Assembly (NCBI GenBank): GCA_016700095.1
Contig: CP065002.1
Coordinates: 643,667-707,666, forward strand
Length of the DNA: 64,000 bases
Source of the DNA: Candidatus Woesebacteria bacterium
Lineage (GTDB): Bacteria > Patescibacteriota > Microgenomatia > UBA8517
Reading direction: 5' to 3'
The notes under the pieces were generated by a model. That model saw nothing but the letters and a program-made list of their open reading frames with translations, was not told the origin of the DNA and made no database searches. Made by a program: the position numbers and the translations under genes. Below, piece by piece: positions 10,439 to 19,427 of this stretch; position 1 is the first letter of the stretch, and every line of letters starts with the position of its first letter.

Positions 10439-11338
10439 TCAAGATGAAGGTTGTTCACTGGCTTTTTGAACGATTTTATTGATAAATAGTGTTTTTTTCC
10501 GGTAGTACTCGCGCATCGATGTACCGTTTCCCCTTTCTTTCAGTAAACGATATGTATCTAGATCCTTGGGATGAGTTTTTAGGTAATTACTAAATATTTC
10601 TGAATTCTTCCAGTTTTTATGACTTTTGTTGACTAAAAAGATATCAATATTTTTTCGGTCAACGTTTGTTACAAATCTTGCTCGCTCATATGGATAAAAA
10701 CTTCTTGGCGCTCCAAATATTTTTGTTAACTCTTTAGATAGAGGAACAAACTTAACTTTTGGAACCGGAATATAAATATCAATTTCGTCTTGACCGGAAA
10801 TACCAAGGCTTGATGCCCCGTGATGCTCAACCGGTATTTCACTTCCCAATTTGTCTTGTATTAGTTTTTGCACCATTTCAAACTTGATGCTTGCCGTTTT
10901 ATCAAAAGGAAGGATCGTTATCGTATCGGTATCCGACAAATGATTAATCCAGCGTTGTTGAGATTTTGTTAAACTCGAATTATCGATTTCCTCCTTAATC
11001 CGATACGTAACAATTGATTTTAATAAGTTTACGGGAATTTTCTGATCAAGCTTTAAATGAATTGCTCCTTTGGAGGTTGTGTATCCTTGTAATTGTTTTG
11101 AAAAATGACTTATTGCACTTGGTGTGGGATAAAACCCGATATGACTTTTAAACAGCGCAAAATGCACCAGATTTTTGCCATTATATTTAAACGTCGGTAT
11201 ACCGTAATTAATACATTCTGTGATATCGGAATTATTAGAAGTGATTAACTTTCGAATCGCGTTTAGCTTGTTTTGTATATTGCCGGGAGCGTGTGAAATG
11301 TATGTATCAATATCTTGATAGTTTTTGTACATTATCAA
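10439..11338 (-). CDS. Two-domain protein: DUF1801 (YdhG-like) N-terminus fused to a GrpB-type nucleotidyltransferase-fold C-terminus
   Basis: N-terminal YISHAPGNIQNKLNAIRKLI. C-terminal HHGASSLGISGQDEIDIYIPV resembles the GrpB HxGSTxVpG..AKpIIDI motif. Confidence 0.4.
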   Translation of the reverse strand: MIMYKNYQDIDTYISHAPGNIQNKLNAIRKLITSNNSDITECINYGIPTFKYNGKNLVHFALFKSHIGFYPTPSAISHFSKQLQGYTTSKGAIHLKLDQKIPVNLLKSIVTYRIKEEIDNSSLTKSQQRWINHLSDTDTITILPFDKTASIKFEMVQKLIQDKLGSEIPVEHHGASSLGISGQDEIDIYIPVPKVKFVPLSKELTKIFGAPRSFYPYERARFVTNVDRKNIDIFLVNKSHKNWKNSEIFSNYLKTHPKDLDTYRLLKERGNGTSMREYYRKKTLFINKIVQKASEQPSS

Positions 11339-11417
11339 AGTTTAACACGAATTAAAACGTCAATATGTAATTATTGTCAAACCTTCACGAATTTAATTTC
11401 ACTCAAAGTAAAATGCC

Positions 11418-11426
11418 TGCTATAAT
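11418..11426 (+). promoter_or_regulatory. Extended -10 element TGcTATAAT, 10 nt upstream of tRNA-Leu(CAG)
   Basis: The same TGCTATAAT motif recurs before pyrD (37630) and the antiporter gene (31218). Confidence 0.4.
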
Positions 11427-11436
11427 ATGTCAGCTT

Positions 11437-11520
11437 GCCGAAGTGCTGGAATTGGTAGACAGGCACGCTTCAGGAGCGTGTGTTCTTACGAGCGTGAGGG
11501 TTCAAGTCCCTCCTTCGGCA
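11437..11520 (+). tRNA. tRNA-Leu (anticodon CAG), type II
   Basis: GCCGAAGTGCTGGAATTGGTAGAC..., anticodon loop UU-CAG-GA, T-arm GAGGGTTCAAGTCCCTC. Confidence 0.8.
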
Positions 11521-11528
11521 CTTAAAGA

Positions 11529-11798
11529 ATGTTCCATACGTATGTTTTAATAGTATCGAACGGTAATTTTTATATTGGTTATACCAAAGACTTGAGAAAA
11601 AGATTTCATAACCATGTTAACGGTTTGGTATATTCAACCAAAACGAAATTGCCAGTAGTATTGGTATACTATGAAGCATGTATAAATGAATATGATGCTA
11701 TAAAGAGAGAACGTTATCTAAAAAGTGGACCTGGAAGAAAGTTCATTAAATACAGAATTAGGTATTATTTAAATAAAATAACGCCTGGGGCCAGTTAG
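11529..11798 (+). CDS. Small GIY-YIG nuclease-family protein (YhbQ/UPF0213-like)
   Basis: YVLIVSNGNFYIGYTKDLRKRFHNH matches the GIY-YIG core. 89 aa, sitting between two tRNA-Leu genes. Confidence 0.6.
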   Translation: MFHTYVLIVSNGNFYIGYTKDLRKRFHNHVNGLVYSTKTKLPVVLVYYEACINEYDAIKRERYLKSGPGRKFIKYRIRYYLNKITPGAS

Positions 11799-11885
11799 AA
11801 CCCTGGTACCAGACGCATGTATAAATACTAATTGTTTAGCTATCGTTATATACTAAGGATTTTACATCTTGGGTTCTAACTGGCC
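11789..11885. repeat. Perfect 15-bp inverted repeat (GGCCAGTTAGAACCC / GGGTTCTAACTGGCC) with a 67-nt loop, bridging the GIY-YIG stop and the tRNA-Leu(GAG) 5' end
   Basis: Seen directly. The left arm contains the GIY-YIG stop codon. The right arm overlaps the first 3 nt of the tRNA. Confidence 0.6.
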
Positions 11886-11966
11886 GGGGTGCTGGAATTG
11901 GTAGACAGGCTACGTTGAGGACGTAGTGCAGGTAACTGCGTGCAGGTTCAAGTCCTGTCCTCGGCA
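11883..11966 (+). tRNA. tRNA-Leu (anticodon GAG), type II
   Basis: GCCGGGGTGCTGGAATTGGTAGAC..., anticodon loop UU-GAG-GA, T-arm CAGGTTCAAGTCCTG. Confidence 0.8.
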
Positions 11967-12085
11967 CAAATTTTGAATTGATATTTTTGTATAACAAAAT
12001 TGTATTGCAATTTTGAGAAGGAGAAGTAGTGAAGCGGTAAACACTAAGCGATAGCGAATTGTAAAAGCAAAACTAACTTTGACTT

Positions 12086-12159
12086 GGGTGGTTAGCTCAG
12101 CTGGTTAGAGCGTTCGGCTTACATCCGAAAGGTCGGGGGTTCGAGTCCCTCACTACCCA
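12086..12159 (+). tRNA. tRNA-Val (anticodon UAC)
   Basis: GGGTGGTTAGCTCAGCTGGTTAGAGC, anticodon loop CU-UAC-AU, T-arm GGGGGTTCGAGTCCCTC. Confidence 0.8.
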
Positions 12160-12486
12160 CTTAAATTATATGCACGAAAGAAATGAAATAGACAAATTTT
12201 CGGTTATTATTTTTAAAAACAAACCTACAGTGGTATATCCTGTGAATGGGGGGGGCAAATTTAGGTTTTTTTAACACTAGACCAGAACCCGCTCAAGCAA
12301 TGCTTATGTGGGATTACTTTCATCATTCTCATGTGGGTTATGTCGGTGAATATAATTTGCCAAGTCAAAAAAGGACATTTTTGACAAACTATTTGATGAA
12401 TACTGGATGTAGAGTATATTTGGGTGAAGAATATTAATTTACCTTGTTTGAAATATTTAAAACATGTATCATAAAGGGCTAGAAAT

Positions 12487-12559
12487 GCCGAGGTAGCCAA
12501 GGTGGTCACGGCGGGCGTCTGAAGAACGTCAGATATGTGTTCGACTCACATCCTCGGCA
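12487..12559 (+). tRNA. tRNA-Phe (anticodon GAA)
   Basis: GCCGAGGTAGCCAAGGTGGTCACGGC, anticodon loop CU-GAA-GA, T-arm ATGTGTTCGACTCACAT. Confidence 0.75.
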
Positions 12560-12685
12560 CTTGAATAATTTGACCAAACTATTCGAATTCGAATACAACT
12601 TGTAATTAATAATTATTATCAAATATTAATAATCACACAAATACTTCTTCTTGATATTTTGCGGTGTTTGTAATCTGATCGTAAC

Positions 12686-13597
12686 ATGAATGAACATCAT
12701 GAAAATCCCGAAAAAATTCAAAGCGGGAAACAGCTAACAGAACATGATAAAGTGTTGTTAAAAAATGGCGCCTTGAAAATAGCACAAGAAGTTATTCAAA
12801 ATTACCCGGGTAATCTTCCTGATGTAATAGTCCTTCCAGATACGTCAGCTCGACCTCTAAGAAATCTGTTTGACCCAATATTCAGGTCCATCGCACGACA
12901 GCGTGGAGTTCGTCCACCCGACTTTGTTTTTTTTCAGACACCTGGCGGCGCACAAAAAATTGCACTGCGAAAAGTAAATGATTGGGGTTCTATTGCTGAA
13001 GCAAAGACAGCAACTCAAGAGACACTAATAAATCTTAAAAAAGGTGCCACACTTTATAAATGGTTTAGAGATAGAAAAACACATCAAGAGAACGATAGAC
13101 AAATCCAAGAACAACGAAAAGTACTGCAGGAAGTTGATAAAGTACCAGAAATATTAAATCAGCAAAAATTACGAGCAAAAGAAATAGTTTCTTCATGTGC
13201 AACTCCAGATCCTAATATTGTAATAATCGATGACACAATGATTAGATCTGGACGCACGATTAAATTAATAAGAACAGCCTTTGGTGACAATACTGAAAAT
13301 ATTAGAGGATATGTTCTAACTGCGCACGAGCCTCTTGCGAATAATGTATTTAGTGCGCAGGAAATTGATATAAATTCACCAGACGCCGTGCATCCATTGG
13401 ATTATATGAGGGATAATCCTGATCATGAAGGTAGTCTCCGTGATGCTTATGGAGTGGAAAAGTCAGATGTGCTTATTGATCCTTATGTACAAGTAATACG
13501 ACCTCGTTCAAAACAAACGAAAATACTTAGGCGAGAAATGAGTCAAATAGGAAAAGATATTGCAAAAAAGTTGCGGGAAGATGGTTATTCGAATTAG
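12686..13597 (+). CDS. Atypical phosphoribosyltransferase-fold (PRT-like) protein, hypothetical
   Basis: IVIIDDTMIRSGRT resembles the PRPP-binding loop VLLVDDVITTGGT. The rest has no clear match. Confidence 0.35.
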   Translation: MNEHHENPEKIQSGKQLTEHDKVLLKNGALKIAQEVIQNYPGNLPDVIVLPDTSARPLRNLFDPIFRSIARQRGVRPPDFVFFQTPGGAQKIALRKVNDWGSIAEAKTATQETLINLKKGATLYKWFRDRKTHQENDRQIQEQRKVLQEVDKVPEILNQQKLRAKEIVSSCATPDPNIVIIDDTMIRSGRTIKLIRTAFGDNTENIRGYVLTAHEPLANNVFSAQEIDINSPDAVHPLDYMRDNPDHEGSLRDAYGVEKSDVLIDPYVQVIRPRSKQTKILRREMSQIGKDIAKKLREDGYSN

Positions 13598-13770
13598 TAA
13601 ATATATTTGTAATCATAACTAACCATACATCACTTCAAATATCCCTTGTAGGGTTGTATAATTAGAAACCGTTTATGTATTTTTATAAAGAAATCAAGTA
13701 GTTTTGAAAAGAAATATAGAATACAGTGAACAGTAAAGTAATTTTAAAGTAGCGTAGTCAAATTTGACGC

Positions 13771-13845
13771 GCGGGAGTAGCTCAGTGGTAGAGCGTCTCG
13801 TTGCCAACGAGAAGGTCGCGGGTTCAATCCCCGTCTCCCGCTCCA
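13771..13845 (+). tRNA. tRNA-Gly (anticodon GCC) with genomically encoded CCA
   Basis: GCGGGAGTAGCTCAGTGGTAGAGC, anticodon loop UU-GCC-AA, T-arm GCGGGTTCAATCCCCGT. The 3' end is ...CTCCCGC-T-CCA. Confidence 0.8.
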
Positions 13846-13896
13846 TGTGACAATTAACTACGGAAATGTACACAAAGTTACTTGACAAATACAATT

Positions 13897-14307
13897 ATGA
13901 ACAAAACTGTTAGTGCGGGAGGAGTTGTTATCAATAAAAACAGTAACGTATTAGTGGTTAGTCAACAAGGAGCTTCGTGGTCTCTACCAAAAGGTCATGT
14001 TAACGAAGGTGAAGACTTTTTTGTGGCTGCAAAACGAGAAGTTGAAGAAGAATCTGGAATAAACGATTTGCAATTGGTAAAAGAACTTGGAAGTTATGAA
14101 AGACCAAGACTTGACGATCCTACAGAAATTAAGACTATCCATATGTTTTTATTTAAAACAGAACAAATGGATTTAAAACCCGTAGATCCAGAAAATCCAG
14201 AAGCCAGATGGATAAAGGTAGACGAGGTTGAACAATTGCTAACGGCAGAAAAAGACAAAGAGTTTTTTAGGAGTATTAAATTTGCATTAATCAACAAAAA
14301 TGGCTGA
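13897..14307 (+). CDS. NUDIX hydrolase
   Basis: GHVNEGEDFFVAAKREVEEESGI is a canonical Nudix box. The ORF track starts at a TTG at 13882; the ATG at 13897 is the more likely start. Confidence 0.75.
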   Translation: MNKTVSAGGVVINKNSNVLVVSQQGASWSLPKGHVNEGEDFFVAAKREVEEESGINDLQLVKELGSYERPRLDDPTEIKTIHMFLFKTEQMDLKPVDPENPEARWIKVDEVEQLLTAEKDKEFFRSIKFALINKNG

Positions 14308-14731
14308 AATTGAAGAATATATAATAGTAAGTGCTTGTTTGGCTGGAATTCCTTGCAATTACAAAGGCGAGGCTAAACCCAATTCACAGGTTGTTAATTT
14401 AGTTTCATCGGGGAAAGCTATTCCAGTTTGTCCAGAATGTTTGGGTGGATTGGCAACTCCCCGTGTAGCAGCAGAACGAAAAAATGAAAAAGTCATTACT
14501 AAAGACGGATCAGACGTTACTGCAGAATTTAGAGCTGGAGCTCAAGCTGTTTTGCAAATTGCTAGAGAAAATGGATGTAAATTAGCAATTCTTAAAGCCA
14601 GATCCCCTTCTTGTGGTAAATGTAAAATTTATGATGGGACTTTTTCTGGTAACTTAGTGGACAGAAATGGTGTTACAGCAGATTTGTTAGTGGAAAACGG
14701 AATTGAGGTAAAAACGGAAGAAGAACTTTAA
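14300..14731 (+). CDS. DUF523 family protein (2-thiouracil desulfidase-like, Cys-rich)
   Basis: IIVSACLAGIPCNYKG plus a conserved Cys pattern. Overlaps the NUDIX stop. Confidence 0.65.
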   Translation: MAEIEEYIIVSACLAGIPCNYKGEAKPNSQVVNLVSSGKAIPVCPECLGGLATPRVAAERKNEKVITKDGSDVTAEFRAGAQAVLQIARENGCKLAILKARSPSCGKCKIYDGTFSGNLVDRNGVTADLLVENGIEVKTEEEL

Positions 14732-14733
14732 AA

Positions 14734-14816
14734 TCGATCTCTGCGGCTAAGGTGGATCACAATATGTGCCATCAGCTCCCTCAAAAAGTAAGTTCGCAGC
14801 AAAAATCATTCGGTAG
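14734..14816 (+). repeat. Intergenic element A (family A/B): TCGATCTCTG...hairpin...GCTCCCTCAAAAAGTA...CATTCGGTA
   Basis: Homologous to 18090-18180. Related by its ends to the B copies at 16178 and 19428. Confidence 0.55.
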
Positions 14817-14909
14817 CTCGAGTATATCACTTGTATAAGTCTCATAACTTGGAAGATTTGATTAAGTTAGTTAGCCGTGGACGGTGTAAAATAAAGAGGC
14901 AATATTTTC

Positions 14910-15302
14910 ATGTCTGAAGTAATCACCAAACATAATGAGGTTGGTATTACTAAGGTGATTATTGGCTCAGTCATTTATTTTTTTGTACAGATATTTGCTG
15001 CATTTTTTGGCGGAGGTACTGGCATATTAATCTCTTATAACTTAATGTCCTTTTTTGGTCTTACAATTCTCGAAGTTGCCGCAACTAAAATTATTCCGTG
15101 GTTTTTTCTTTCAGTAGTTTCTTTGGTAATTTTTGCAAATAATAATTTCATTGATTACAAAATGGGCGCAGTTCTTTTTCTGGGAATGACAATTGGTGGA
15201 TACATTGGAACCCATGTCGCAATTAATAAAGGTGATATTTGGATAAAAAAATTATTTTATCTATTGGTTGCCATCACAGTTTTGAAACTACTGTTATTTT
15301 AA
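14910..15302 (+). CDS. Half-size TauE/SafE (TSUP) family membrane protein
   Basis: Four predicted TM helices with a GGGTG-type glycine motif (FFGGGTGILIS). Confidence 0.45.
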   Translation: MSEVITKHNEVGITKVIIGSVIYFFVQIFAAFFGGGTGILISYNLMSFFGLTILEVAATKIIPWFFLSVVSLVIFANNNFIDYKMGAVLFLGMTIGGYIGTHVAINKGDIWIKKLFYLLVAITVLKLLLF

Positions 15303-15343
15303 TGATCATAGATTTCAGAACCTGAAGAATTTTTACGATCCTA

Positions 15344-16204
15344 CTAAATTGAAACTTTCATCCAAATTGGATAGTGATCAGAGAGATTTCCATATTTTTC
15401 CTCAGTTAATACTTTGAATTCCTCTAATTTCACTTGGCTGTTTCCAAATGCATAATCAATCCTCAATATCGGTTCGTCGGTTGGAAGAGGAAACAATTTT
15501 GCAGGGACAGTATTTCCCTTACTTAATCCCAAATCAACAAAACCATTATTTACAAGTAATTTAGTTACTTCTCCTCTTTCCATTTCAGTAAGAGATGCTT
15601 CCATGCTTTTCATCGGGCCAGGGTATTTTTGGGCAAGTTCGTTCAGATTATTTACGGTCTCAGTTAAATCTTGCTCATCGAAAGTATTTAAATCGCCCGT
15701 AATTATGGTTGGGATATTTGGATCAACCAATTTTAAAACGGTCTGAGTTTGTTTAATCCTTGTGTCTTCACTTACATCATCAAAATAAACAGAAAATACA
15801 TCTATTCCTACAATGTGGGTTTTTATGGCATTTCTGGTTGCAAGACAAACAGTTTGAATTTCCGTTCCAGCGACTCGAGAGAAAACAGTAATGCCATTGT
15901 CATGCCCCTTTTTTATTAATCTTTGATCATTAAGTTTAACGGATTGTACGCAGGGGTATTCAAATATGTGTTTTAAATCATCTGGTGTAAAAACTTCTGT
16001 CCAACGATAGGTATCAACAAGACTAACAATGTCCGGTTTTAGTTCTTTAATGGCACGAGCCAAATTAACAATTCGCTTGGGATTTTTTTCGGTGCTTCCA
16101 TAATCGCTAAATCCACCGCTTAAAATATTCCAAGATATGATTTCTAACGACATATTATTTTGTCGATTTCTGTGTTTAAACCGAATCATAAATTGTACCA
16201 TCAA
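15344..16204 (-). CDS. Endonuclease/exonuclease/phosphatase (EEP) family protein
   Basis: ISWNILSGG...DIVSLVDTYRW and C-terminal SDHYPIWMKV. The first 17 codons lie inside repeat B1, so the real start is probably the Met at about 16153. Confidence 0.7.
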   Translation of the reverse strand: MMVQFMIRFKHRNRQNNMSLEIISWNILSGGFSDYGSTEKNPKRIVNLARAIKELKPDIVSLVDTYRWTEVFTPDDLKHIFEYPCVQSVKLNDQRLIKKGHDNGITVFSRVAGTEIQTVCLATRNAIKTHIVGIDVFSVYFDDVSEDTRIKQTQTVLKLVDPNIPTIITGDLNTFDEQDLTETVNNLNELAQKYPGPMKSMEASLTEMERGEVTKLLVNNGFVDLGLSKGNTVPAKLFPLPTDEPILRIDYAFGNSQVKLEEFKVLTEEKYGNLSDHYPIWMKVSI

Positions 16205-16272
16205 TTCTTCTTAAGTAAGCAAAGCTTAAGATAAATCAAAAGACACCTTTACCACAGAGATCATTCGGTAAT
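16178..16272 (+). repeat. Intergenic element B1 (about 95 nt, imperfect terminal inverted repeats AACCGAATCAT / ATCATTCGGTAA)
   Basis: About 95% identical to 19428-19511. Confidence 0.6.
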
Positions 16273-16306
16273 AGGATAGTAACATATTTTTAGGTCGTTA
16301 AGAAAT

Positions 16307-17221
16307 TTAAAGAAGTAGGATTACGCCTGCAACGGCGACTAGTGATCCAATGAGTTTGTTGGCGATATTGTTTCTCTCTTTGAGAAATAAAATCGCGAGC
16401 ACTACAGTAATGATAATGCTGGTGGATCTAAGGGGACCAATGACGGCGACATTCTTTCCCGTCTGATAGGCAAGGTATAGAGATAACATGCCCAAGGTAT
16501 CACAAAGGCTTAAGAGGAGAACTTTAAAAGCCCTGTCTTTGCGGAAGTAGTAACGGATTTTTTTGAGTGATTGAGGTTGGAGAAATGTGAGTGCAAATAC
16601 GGGAAGTAAATATGAATAGATTAGATAGTTGGTGGAATCAAATTTTTGCAGAATGAAATAATCATTGATATCATTGAAGCCAAAAAATATAGCTGAGAAA
16701 AGTACCAGGATAACGCCCTTATTTATGGTAAAATTCTTTTTCTCAAAGCGAGTTAACATGGCACCACATAAGATTAAAATTGCTCCTAGAACAATTTTTG
16801 GGGTAATAGCTTCATGAAGAAAAAGATTAGCTCCAATAACATTCCATAGGCGACCAGTGACAGAAAACATAACGACTTCTGAAGCCCCTATAAGTTGAAA
16901 GGCGCGATATTTAAGGAGGAAAGCTGGGGTTAGCAAAACTATAAGCAGGAGAAAATTCCAGATTAGGAGTGGCGAAAAAAACAAGTTCAATTTGTGTTGA
17001 GCAAGTGCGATGACAATAGCAATAATCCCCCCAAGCCCTAAAAAGACAATAGTCTGAGCTTGTGGACTGGAGTTTTCGTCCTTTAATAAACTGCGGTGAA
17101 GCAAGCTATTACAGGAAATAAGAAAAATGCTAATAGTCAAATAGATTTGCCAAGACATATTATTATTGTAGACTTGATTTCTTCTTTTTACCAAAGACTT
17201 CCTGAAACAAATAGAAATCAA
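16307..17221 (-). CDS. EamA/DMT-family transporter (10 TM)
   Basis: Hydropathy profile and similarity to the paralog at 24317..25168. The start is probably the internal MSWQIY, about 17158. Confidence 0.6.
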   Translation of the reverse strand: MISICFRKSLVKRRNQVYNNNMSWQIYLTISIFLISCNSLLHRSLLKDENSSPQAQTIVFLGLGGIIAIVIALAQHKLNLFFSPLLIWNFLLLIVLLTPAFLLKYRAFQLIGASEVVMFSVTGRLWNVIGANLFLHEAITPKIVLGAILILCGAMLTRFEKKNFTINKGVILVLFSAIFFGFNDINDYFILQKFDSTNYLIYSYLLPVFALTFLQPQSLKKIRYYFRKDRAFKVLLLSLCDTLGMLSLYLAYQTGKNVAVIGPLRSTSIIITVVLAILFLKERNNIANKLIGSLVAVAGVILLL

Positions 17222-17426
17222 CAGTCTTGAGATGGTTTTTAAATTCTGTCAGTTGTAAAATCAATTCTGGAGTAATGGAAGACCGTAGTATAATTTTGAC
17301 AGCAGTAGGAAACGTCATGTCAGACTGGCTTAGAAGATATGATTTGACATGGTCATCCAGGCTGGGCAGGTTCGAGCAAAGTACGGTGACCCGCTCAATA
17401 GCGAAATGATTTTGAGTTTTCTCCAA
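17163..17426 (-). CDS. Small hypothetical protein, paralog of 18188..18475 (about 55% identity)
   Basis: Shared motif VTV...L..LDD..KSYLL..SDM.F.TAVKIILR....ILQL. Confidence 0.4.
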   Translation of the reverse strand: MEKTQNHFAIERVTVLCSNLPSLDDHVKSYLLSQSDMTFPTAVKIILRSSITPELILQLTEFKNHLKTVDFYLFQEVFGKKKKSSLQ

Positions 17427-17531
17427 TTTTCCTCAAGAAATCAATCTTTTCCCGAGTTCGAGTTACTATTTTTGACGTTTTGTATTTAGCCTTGGAAAAT
17501 TTATACCGGTAACCGGAGTCGAACCTATGTT

Positions 17532-18071
17532 TTATAACGATGCAATTTGAAGTGCCGCAAGAAATCCCATGTCTTTTATTTCACCTTTGGCAATCATTTC
17601 CTTTATTTTGTCTAGACTGATTAATTCGTACTTGATGTCTTCATCAACATCTAGCGTTTGCACCCCTTTCTGTGAATCGTCGATTTTCGCCAAAGCAATA
17701 TAGGCTAACATTGAGCTAAATCCTGGTTGAGGATAGATTTTGCCGATAATCTCAACTTCTGCCGAATATCCAGTTTCTTCAGATAGCTCTCTTTTAGCCG
17801 ATTGCTCGATAGTCTCATTTTCTTCTATCCAACCCGCCGGTAGTTCGTATACAAAATCATCAACTCCCCTTCGATAATTCTTTTCAACAATGAGGTTGTT
17901 GTTCTTATCGATTGCAATAACTAATACGTAGTTTGGTCTTGAAAGATGGTAATAACCTTTTGCTTCTTTGCCATCTGGAAGTTCGTAATCATTTTCAAGT
18001 ACAGAAAGCCACTTTGATTCAAATACCAGTTTTGATTTAATTAATTTCCATTTCTTATTTGTGTCAGTCAT
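17532..18071 (-). CDS. NUDIX hydrolase (ADP-ribose pyrophosphatase-like)
   Basis: GWIEENETIEQSAKRELSEETGY Nudix box and NudF-like layout. Confidence 0.7.
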   Translation of the reverse strand: MTDTNKKWKLIKSKLVFESKWLSVLENDYELPDGKEAKGYYHLSRPNYVLVIAIDKNNNLIVEKNYRRGVDDFVYELPAGWIEENETIEQSAKRELSEETGYSAEVEIIGKIYPQPGFSSMLAYIALAKIDDSQKGVQTLDVDEDIKYELISLDKIKEMIAKGEIKDMGFLAALQIASL

Positions 18072-18089
18072 AGTTATATCTTATTAGAT

Positions 18090-18180
18090 TCGATCTCTGT
18101 AGCCAAGATGGATCATTGATATATCAATGCCAACATTCGCTCCCTTAAAAGGTACTTTCACTACAGAAACCATTCGGTAA
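18090..18180 (+). repeat. Intergenic element A' (family A/B)
   Basis: Shares TCGATCTCTG, GC.AAG.TGGATCA, GCTCCCT.AAAA.GTA and CAG...A.CATTCGGTA with element A. Its internal hairpin differs in sequence but preserves the pairing. Confidence 0.55.
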
Positions 18181-18187
18181 CCAAATA

Positions 18188-18475
18188 TTAGCATATTTTT
18201 CGATCTTTGTGACGTTTGCCGAATGCTTCAAGAAATAGAAATGGATTTATTTTCTCAAGATAGTCTTCGAATACGTTTAGTTGTAAAATAACGTCAGCTG
18301 TTACGTAATAGCGAAGAATTATTTTTACCGCTGTTGCAAATGACATATCAGAATGTTTGAGTAGATATGATTTGATATCGTCATCAAGATCAAATAGGTC
18401 CGAGCCAATTACGGTGACCAGCTCCATATGACAATTAACTACAGAAATGTACACAAAGTTACTTGACAAATACAT
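18188..18475 (-). CDS. Small hypothetical protein, paralog of 17163..17426
   Basis: See 17163. The first 17 codons lie in the duplicated 58-bp segment, so the real start may be the MELVTV Met at about 18427. Confidence 0.4.
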   Translation of the reverse strand: MYLSSNFVYISVVNCHMELVTVIGSDLFDLDDDIKSYLLKHSDMSFATAVKIILRYYVTADVILQLNVFEDYLEKINPFLFLEAFGKRHKDRKIC

Positions 18476-18478
18476 AAA

Positions 18479-19402
18479 ATGAAGAAATTGACCAAAGTAT
18501 CATTAGAAAAAGCAAAAGAATGGATTCGAAATAACGGTCGTCCTCTCGAAAAATCACTCGTAAAATTTCATTTTGCTGGCGAATCTTCTCAGGGTGTCAT
18601 AAGTGCCTTAAAGACATTTCAAAACGAAGACGGTGGTTTTGGTAATGCTATGGAGCCTGATTTGAGAACTCCCGCTAGTTCAATTTTGGGAACATCTATA
18701 GCCCTTCAGGTTTTACGATCTTTAGAAATCGAGATGGGAGATTTGGATTTCGTTAAGTCAGCGGTTCAATATATTTTGAAAAATTACAATGAGGCTGATC
18801 AGTCTTGGAGAATTATTCCGAGGAAAGCAGAAGATGCGCCACACGCTCCATGGTGGAATCAAACTGACAGAGAAGATAACTTCCATGGTTTTCATCTAAA
18901 TCCGGCAGCTGAAATACTAGGGTATTTGTATGATTACAAGGATCTTGTTCCGGCTGAAACGATATTATCACTTAGCACCAGAGTGCTTACTGAACTGAGG
19001 AATTTAAATGAGATCGAAATGCACGATTTTTTGTGTTGCAAAAGATTGTATGAATCAAAGAACTTAAATGAAACCCTTAAAAAAGAAATTGAGTTAGAGT
19101 TACTAAGACTTCTTGATTCATGCATCCTTAAAGATTTATCTAGGTGGAGTGGATACGGGTTACGACCGCTACAAGTAGTTGATTCGCCAGATTCAATATT
19201 TATTAACAAATTGGCGAAGTCGGTTGGGGAAAATCTCGATTATGAAATAGATACACAAGATAGTAGCGGAGCTTGGTTTCCAACTTGGTCGTGGGGAGAC
19301 AACTTTCAAAGCGATTGGGATCAAGCAAAAAATGAATGGACAGGGATAATCACTTTAGACAAGCTAAAATTATTGAAAATATTTGGAAGAATTGAACCAT
19401 AA
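18479..19402 (+). CDS. Hypothetical protein with prenyltransferase/terpene-cyclase-like alpha/alpha-toroid repeat
   Basis: FQNEDGGFGN resembles the Q..DGGWG repeat. Weak. Confidence 0.3.
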   Translation: MKKLTKVSLEKAKEWIRNNGRPLEKSLVKFHFAGESSQGVISALKTFQNEDGGFGNAMEPDLRTPASSILGTSIALQVLRSLEIEMGDLDFVKSAVQYILKNYNEADQSWRIIPRKAEDAPHAPWWNQTDREDNFHGFHLNPAAEILGYLYDYKDLVPAETILSLSTRVLTELRNLNEIEMHDFLCCKRLYESKNLNETLKKEIELELLRLLDSCILKDLSRWSGYGLRPLQVVDSPDSIFINKLAKSVGENLDYEIDTQDSSGAWFPTWSWGDNFQSDWDQAKNEWTGIITLDKLKLLKIFGRIEP

Positions 19403-19427
19403 AGACACCTTATGTTCAAACCGAATC

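Noticed and set aside
12246-12509. ORFs 12246..12437(+) and 12261..12509(-) between tRNA-Val and tRNA-Phe
   Set aside because: They are mutually overlapping antisense ORFs with no motifs, and one runs into tRNA-Phe. The spacer is probably non-coding.
13694-13894. ORF 13694..13894(-)
   Set aside because: It runs antisense through tRNA-Gly(GCC). Only its first 17 codons are shared with the 18188 ORF, because of the duplicated 58-bp segment.
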